A DNA stretch of 64,000 nucleotides from Anaerolineales bacterium (GTDB taxonomy: Bacteria > Chloroflexota > Anaerolineae > Anaerolineales > UBA11579), in the NCBI GenBank assembly GCA_035446285.1, contig DAOMSJ010000001.1:298796-362795 (forward strand). Reading direction: 5' to 3'. A program made the translations under genes and the position numbers. The notes under the pieces were generated by a model that saw only the letters and a list, made by a program, of their open reading frames with translations, searched no databases and was not told the DNA's origin. Of this stretch, positions 59,958-64,000 are shown one piece after another (position 1 is the first letter of the stretch; every line of letters starts with the position of its first letter).

Positions 59958-62096
59958 CTAATTGTCCGAAGCCACCAGGAACATCAGAAAATCTCGCGAG
60001 GGTTCCTGGCTGCTGAAGCGGGTCAGCACACCCTGCGGGAACAACTGCTGCAAAGTGCTGGCAGCGAGTGTATCCTCTTGCTTGAGCAAATACAGCCGTG
60101 GCGCTGGCACGGTCAGTGTTTGGCTGAGCTGCTCGGTCCAAATGGCGTAATCACGGCCGGGGTTGCCAGCCTCCATCGCCACCAGGCGCGTATCCACCCA
60201 ATGCGGGTAGGCCACCACCCAGGCGCTCTCCAGCGAACCGAAACTGTTGGCATAGTCCGCAATCACCTGGCCCAGCTCTGAGCTGTTCCAGGAGTTGGCG
60301 CGGTAGTTGCGCGTGTACTCACCAAACACCAGATTGAAATTGAGCAGCGCTATCAGCAGCAAAGCTGCCGCGCCCACGAACTGTGCGGCGCGAGCGCCAA
60401 AGGTTCCCCCCAGGCGCTGGCGCAGGCTGTGCAGCATCGTATCCAGCGCCAGCGCGCACAAGAGGAAGGTGGGAATCCATGCGCCGCTGGCGCGGTTCAT
60501 GGCTGGGTTCTCCTCGGGAAAAGCCAGCGAGAGGGTAGACGGCAGCATCAACAAGGGAATGCTGAGCAACAGGAACAGATCCTGCCAGTGACGGTGACGC
60601 GCATAACGCATCACGGCGATGCACACGCCCAACAATAGCAACGCGGCACTCAGCGGGTCAAAGGCGGGTGTACGTACATTGCCGGCTACCCACAGCGTAC
60701 CACCCGAATAATTGAACAGCCCCAGACCCTTGACCACATTGCTGGCCAGGATAGCCGCCACGGGGCCGGGATACTCACGCTCGGCCTGGCCGAGGCGCGT
60801 GAGCACGCGCTGGTTGACGATAGCGGGATTATCGATGGTGTAGCGCAGCAAGGGCGTTACCGCCAGGATAGCGACCACGGCCAGCAAGGCCGTGCCGATG
60901 ATGGCCTGGCTGCGTACTTGCTGGCTGCTGCGATGCAGCAAAAAGATGCCCACCGCGGCAGCGGCCACCAGCGGCATGATGCGGAAGGCGCTGTAGCCGT
61001 TGAGGCCAATGCCCATGCACAGGCCAGCCAGCAAGAAGTCGTTGAGCGTGCCGCGGCGCAGGCCGCGCAACAAATAGTAGAGCGTGGGTGCAGCCAAGGC
61101 GGCGTACAGGCTGAAGTTGAGCCCGAGGCGGGAGATCACGTTGGGCCAATAGCCCAGCCCGGTCAGCAGCAAAGCGAACAAGCCGACCCAACGCCCACCC
61201 ACTTCCTTGCCCAGCAGGTACATGTAGACCAGCGAAACAAAGGCCACCAGCGCGCTGCTCAGCTTGAGGGTCAGGAAGCTGACGCCGGTACCGAAGACGC
61301 CACCCACCCACGAAGCCAGGTAAAACGCCAGCGGCTCGCGGCCGGTGTTGCGCTCAAAGAAGATGGGCGTCTTGCCATTTTGGATATCGAGCACATCCAT
61401 CAACATCTCGGCATGATCGCTGACCATCTCCGGCGGCGTGATACTCAGCTGATGGAAGCGGAAGAAGGCGATGAGCGCAAAGGCCAGCGCCACGACCGCC
61501 GCCCAGCGCGAGACACTGAGCTTGAGCTCCGGCTGAGCAACGAAAGCTGCCAGCCGCGTGCGCCAGCTGGCTTGGCGCGGGCCGGGCTGCCAAAACGCCA
61601 GCAGCACGCTGCCCACCGCACCCAGCCAGCACAGCACATTGAGCATAGTGAAGCGATTGCTGCCACTGAGCAGGAAGGTAAGCACAAACAAAACGCCTGC
61701 CGCCAGCAGCGGCGCACGGCGGAAAACGGGTGCCCGCGTGTCCGCATCCGCAGCGGGCAGCGCCGTCAAGCTCCACTCGCCTTCGATGTAGCCCCAGGCG
61801 GCCAGGCCAGCGGCCAGCAGGAAGGCGCTCACCGCCAAAGCGGCTGCCATGCCAGCGCCGGAAGATAAGACTACCTGGCCCGCAAAAAACAAAACGGCGG
61901 CGGCCAGGCTACGCCACGGCACCTGCGCCAGCGTGAAGGCCGGCGCGACAGCCTTGGTGCGCTTACGGCGCGCCGGTGCAGCCGTTTTGCGCACACGCGT
62001 CCGGCTGCCCTTGCCGCGCGGCAAAGGCGGAATGGTAGGCGGCTCCTGGCCGCTGAGGATTGCTTTCAAATAATCGAGGAGACTGGGTTCGGGCAT
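59958..62096 (-). CDS. GT-C-fold glycosyltransferase (family 39/83-like, ArnT/PMT type) with a basic Pro-rich N-terminal tail
   Basis: 712 aa and polytopic, with 'FFRFHQLSITPPEMVSDHAEMLMDV...REPLAFYLASW' (an acidic first-loop motif). The hydrophobic core resembles PMT_2-type enzymes. Confidence 0.65.
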   Translation of the reverse strand: MPEPSLLDYLKAILSGQEPPTIPPLPRGKGSRTRVRKTAAPARRKRTKAVAPAFTLAQVPWRSLAAAVLFFAGQVVLSSGAGMAAALAVSAFLLAAGLAAWGYIEGEWSLTALPAADADTRAPVFRRAPLLAAGVLFVLTFLLSGSNRFTMLNVLCWLGAVGSVLLAFWQPGPRQASWRTRLAAFVAQPELKLSVSRWAAVVALAFALIAFFRFHQLSITPPEMVSDHAEMLMDVLDIQNGKTPIFFERNTGREPLAFYLASWVGGVFGTGVSFLTLKLSSALVAFVSLVYMYLLGKEVGGRWVGLFALLLTGLGYWPNVISRLGLNFSLYAALAAPTLYYLLRGLRRGTLNDFLLAGLCMGIGLNGYSAFRIMPLVAAAAVGIFLLHRSSQQVRSQAIIGTALLAVVAILAVTPLLRYTIDNPAIVNQRVLTRLGQAEREYPGPVAAILASNVVKGLGLFNYSGGTLWVAGNVRTPAFDPLSAALLLLGVCIAVMRYARHRHWQDLFLLLSIPLLMLPSTLSLAFPEENPAMNRASGAWIPTFLLCALALDTMLHSLRQRLGGTFGARAAQFVGAAALLLIALLNFNLVFGEYTRNYRANSWNSSELGQVIADYANSFGSLESAWVVAYPHWVDTRLVAMEAGNPGRDYAIWTEQLSQTLTVPAPRLYLLKQEDTLAASTLQQLFPQGVLTRFSSQEPSRDFLMFLVASDN

Positions 62097-62200
62097 AGGG
62101 CGAGTGGCCTGCTGAGGCCAAGCCTGATTTTATCGTAGGGTGCCGTAGCGCGCCTGTGTGCAGATGACGCCAGGGTTAGTGCGGCGCTAGCGCCTTCGTG

Positions 62201-63022
62201 CTAGCGCCGCCGTGCTACATACCAGGTATAGGTGCCTTCAGGGTCTGCACCGTGATTGGCCTGCGCGGCGAACACACGTTCCGTCAGGCCCAGGTTGGCG
62301 CGGCTGGGCCACAGCACCCAGCGCCCAAACAGCTTGCGCGCCACATAGCTGGGCAAGCCGAAATAATGCCCCCACTCCAACGCATGCAGCGCGGCGGGTG
62401 GGAAGTAGTGCCACCACGCTTCTACATCAAAGCCAGCTTCATCCAGCCGCGCCGTCCATTCCTCCGGCGAGAGCATGTTGACATGGCGCGAGATACGCGT
62501 GAACAAGCGCACATAGGCTGCAGCCAGCCCCTTCAGGCCGAGCTTGCTGAGCCAATTCGCAATCGAGAGATTGTGCGGCCAGCGGTGGTTGGGCACGCAG
62601 AACAGGAACAGGCCGCCCTTGCGCACCAGGCGGCCAGTCTCGTTGAGCACCTCTTGCAAATTGGGAATGTGCTCGAGCACCGAGTTGCTCAGCGCGCTGG
62701 CAAAGTGGCCGCCCGCCAGCGGGGCGCGGTGGCCGAGGGCTTGCACCAGGCCGCCATACGCGCCCCAGCGCTTGGCTTCCTGCAGGGAGACGAAGGCCGG
62801 GTCCAACCCAACATCCAGCGTGTGCCTGAACACCTGGCTGGCAAAATGCCCATCGCCACAGCCGAGATCGTAGACCGGCGCGGCCAGTTCAAAGTCTTTG
62901 TAAAAATCAGCCTCGACGGCGCGCAACAAAGCACGGAAGTATGGCAAGGCCTGCAGCTGGATCCACCAGTGCTTGTTTTCGCCCTGACGCGGCGAGGGCG
63001 AAGTTTGCGCTGGCAGGCTCAT
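62201..63022 (-). CDS. class I SAM-dependent methyltransferase
   Basis: Motif I 'VYDLGCGDGHFA', 'FASALSNSVLEHIP' and 'LVRKGGLFLFCVPN'. ATGA overlap with the upstream GT4 gene. Confidence 0.85.
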   Translation of the reverse strand: MSLPAQTSPSPRQGENKHWWIQLQALPYFRALLRAVEADFYKDFELAAPVYDLGCGDGHFASQVFRHTLDVGLDPAFVSLQEAKRWGAYGGLVQALGHRAPLAGGHFASALSNSVLEHIPNLQEVLNETGRLVRKGGLFLFCVPNHRWPHNLSIANWLSKLGLKGLAAAYVRLFTRISRHVNMLSPEEWTARLDEAGFDVEAWWHYFPPAALHALEWGHYFGLPSYVARKLFGRWVLWPSRANLGLTERVFAAQANHGADPEGTYTWYVARRR

Positions 63023-64000
63023 GCCGCACCCCCGGCAATCTCACGCGCAATCTCTTCGAACAGGGCTTCGTGGCGTGCCGCGCAAGTTTGCGGGCTGAAC
63101 TCCGTGCGCAACGCATCGGCATCGCCGCGATATTTTTCGGGGTGCGAGAGCACCTCGATCATGTTGGCGGCCAGCGCCTGCGCATCGCCCACGGGCGAAA
63201 CCAGCCCCATGCCGCTCATGCGCACCGGTTGGCGCACTCCAGGCAGCGCGGCAGCCACCACCGGCTTGCCGTTCATCATGGCCTCAATTTGCACAAAGCC
63301 GAAGGTCTCGGTGGAGTTGGTGCTGGGTACCACCAGCAGATCCAGCCCTTGATAGAACGAGGGCATGTCTTTCATCGGCAGCGTGCCGAGAAATTTCCAC
63401 TGGCCGGCTTTCTCATACTCAGCAATTTGCGGGAACAAGCGCTGGGCATAGGCCTCTTCGCCCAATACATCCTGATACTGCCCGGCAAACCACACGAGTG
63501 CATTGGGGAATTTTTGCAGCACCGCGGGCAGGGCTTGCAGCAAGACTTCAACGCCTTTTTCAGCGGCGAAGCGCGTGGCCATGGCAATCACCGGGCCGCG
63601 CTTCTCAGGATTGTGACGAGCGGAAAAAGCCATGGCGTTTTCCGGCTCACTCGCGGGTAGCTCCACCGCGGGGGAGATCACGCGCACTTTGTGGGCAAAG
63701 CGGCGCAGGTACGGCGAGTGGCTGGCAAAGTCTTCTGTATATGAAGAGATGCGGTGGGTAAAGCGGGCCGCCAGGTCATTCATCAAGTTAACAACAAAGT
63801 TCACGAAACGATTGAACAGGCCAGACGAAAGAATCAGGTCGGAGTGATAAATGATCACGGTCGCCCTTTTGAGCAGCCAGCCGCGGATGGCCAAGCCAGC
63901 CGCGTCAAACTGCGGCAGGTGCAGCAGCAGCGCATCATGCTTGCGGGTTTCCTCCCAGGCCAGGCGGCCCAGGCTGGGCATGATTACGCCCTTACTGATG
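63019..64000 (-). CDS. family-4 (GT-B, Glycos_transf_1) glycosyltransferase; 5' end outside the window
   Basis: 'RFAAEKGVEVLLQALPAV' and 'PSTNSTETFGFVQIEAMMNGKPVVAAALPGV'. The frame remains open upstream of the listed Met (…ISKGVIMPSLG) to nt 64000, and the N-terminal GT-B domain is incomplete. Confidence 0.85.
   Translation of the reverse strand, partial: ISKGVIMPSLGRLAWEETRKHDALLLHLPQFDAAGLAIRGWLLKRATVIIYHSDLILSSGLFNRFVNFVVNLMNDLAARFTHRISSYTEDFASHSPYLRRFAHKVRVISPAVELPASEPENAMAFSARHNPEKRGPVIAMATRFAAEKGVEVLLQALPAVLQKFPNALVWFAGQYQDVLGEEAYAQRLFPQIAEYEKAGQWKFLGTLPMKDMPSFYQGLDLLVVPSTNSTETFGFVQIEAMMNGKPVVAAALPGVRQPVRMSGMGLVSPVGDAQALAANMIEVLSHPEKYRGDADALRTEFSPQTCAARHEALFEEIAREIAGGAA

Overview
This is a GC-rich, densely coding bacterial chromosomal segment with strong GC3 bias. 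I support about 48 protein genes, most of them on the minus strand. I saw no rRNA, tRNA, CRISPR array, transposase or integrase. All protein calls rest on motif recognition in the supplied translations and in my own translations, because no database search could be run. The gene content is consistent with a Chloroflexota-like organism, but that is an inference. The supporting genes are the 'YYY' membrane family, a mevalonate-pathway decarboxylase, an NB-ARC STAND protein and an unlinked rpoC.

Layout, left to right:
- 1-8.0 kb: a TPR protein and radC, then a minus-strand run of acyP, a peptidase-MA-like gene, a HEAT-repeat gene, rseP, a mevalonate decarboxylase and ggt.
- 8.1-16.9 kb: an Opp/Dpp-type peptide ABC operon, a polar amino-acid ABC operon, and an unlisted 54-codon tatA.
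- 17.0-19.4 kb: a split sigma-r4-HTH/NB-ARC gene plus a TPR gene (STAND pair).
- 19.4-24.2 kb: an S1-domain protein, an MFS transporter, a Tat-exported L,D-transpeptidase and comM.
- 24.2-29.7 kb: a CotH / DUF4956 / VTC (polyphosphate-polymerase-like) triad, divergent from an OmpR-type two-component system.
- 29.7-36.5 kb: ridA and a five-gene glycan operon (GT2, phosphoglycosyltransferase, epimerase, CapD-type dehydratase, FemAB-like).
- 36.5-41.9 kb: udg-nfo, an HD protein, a GH-like/NTF2 fusion and a polysaccharide deacetylase, flanked by REP/MITE-like structured repeats.
- 42.0-46.6 kb: a monocistronic rpoC with its own promoter and a structured leader.
- 46.7-64.0 kb: a large sensor kinase, cmk, and a block of giant polytopic GT-C-like/'YYY' membrane proteins with a methyltransferase and a GT4.

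The best leads for uncharacterised biology are:
- the GT-C/'YYY' membrane-protein block;
- the CotH-DUF4956-VTC triad with its adjacent two-component system and phased repeat boxes;
- the split HTH-NB-ARC/TPR pair;
- the stand-alone rpoC with an attenuator-like leader;
- the structured tandem repeats at 41.5-41.9 kb.

Three reading frames look interrupted (acyP, a membrane protein at about 51.95 kb, and possibly the STAND pair). This could reflect real gene decay or assembly indels.
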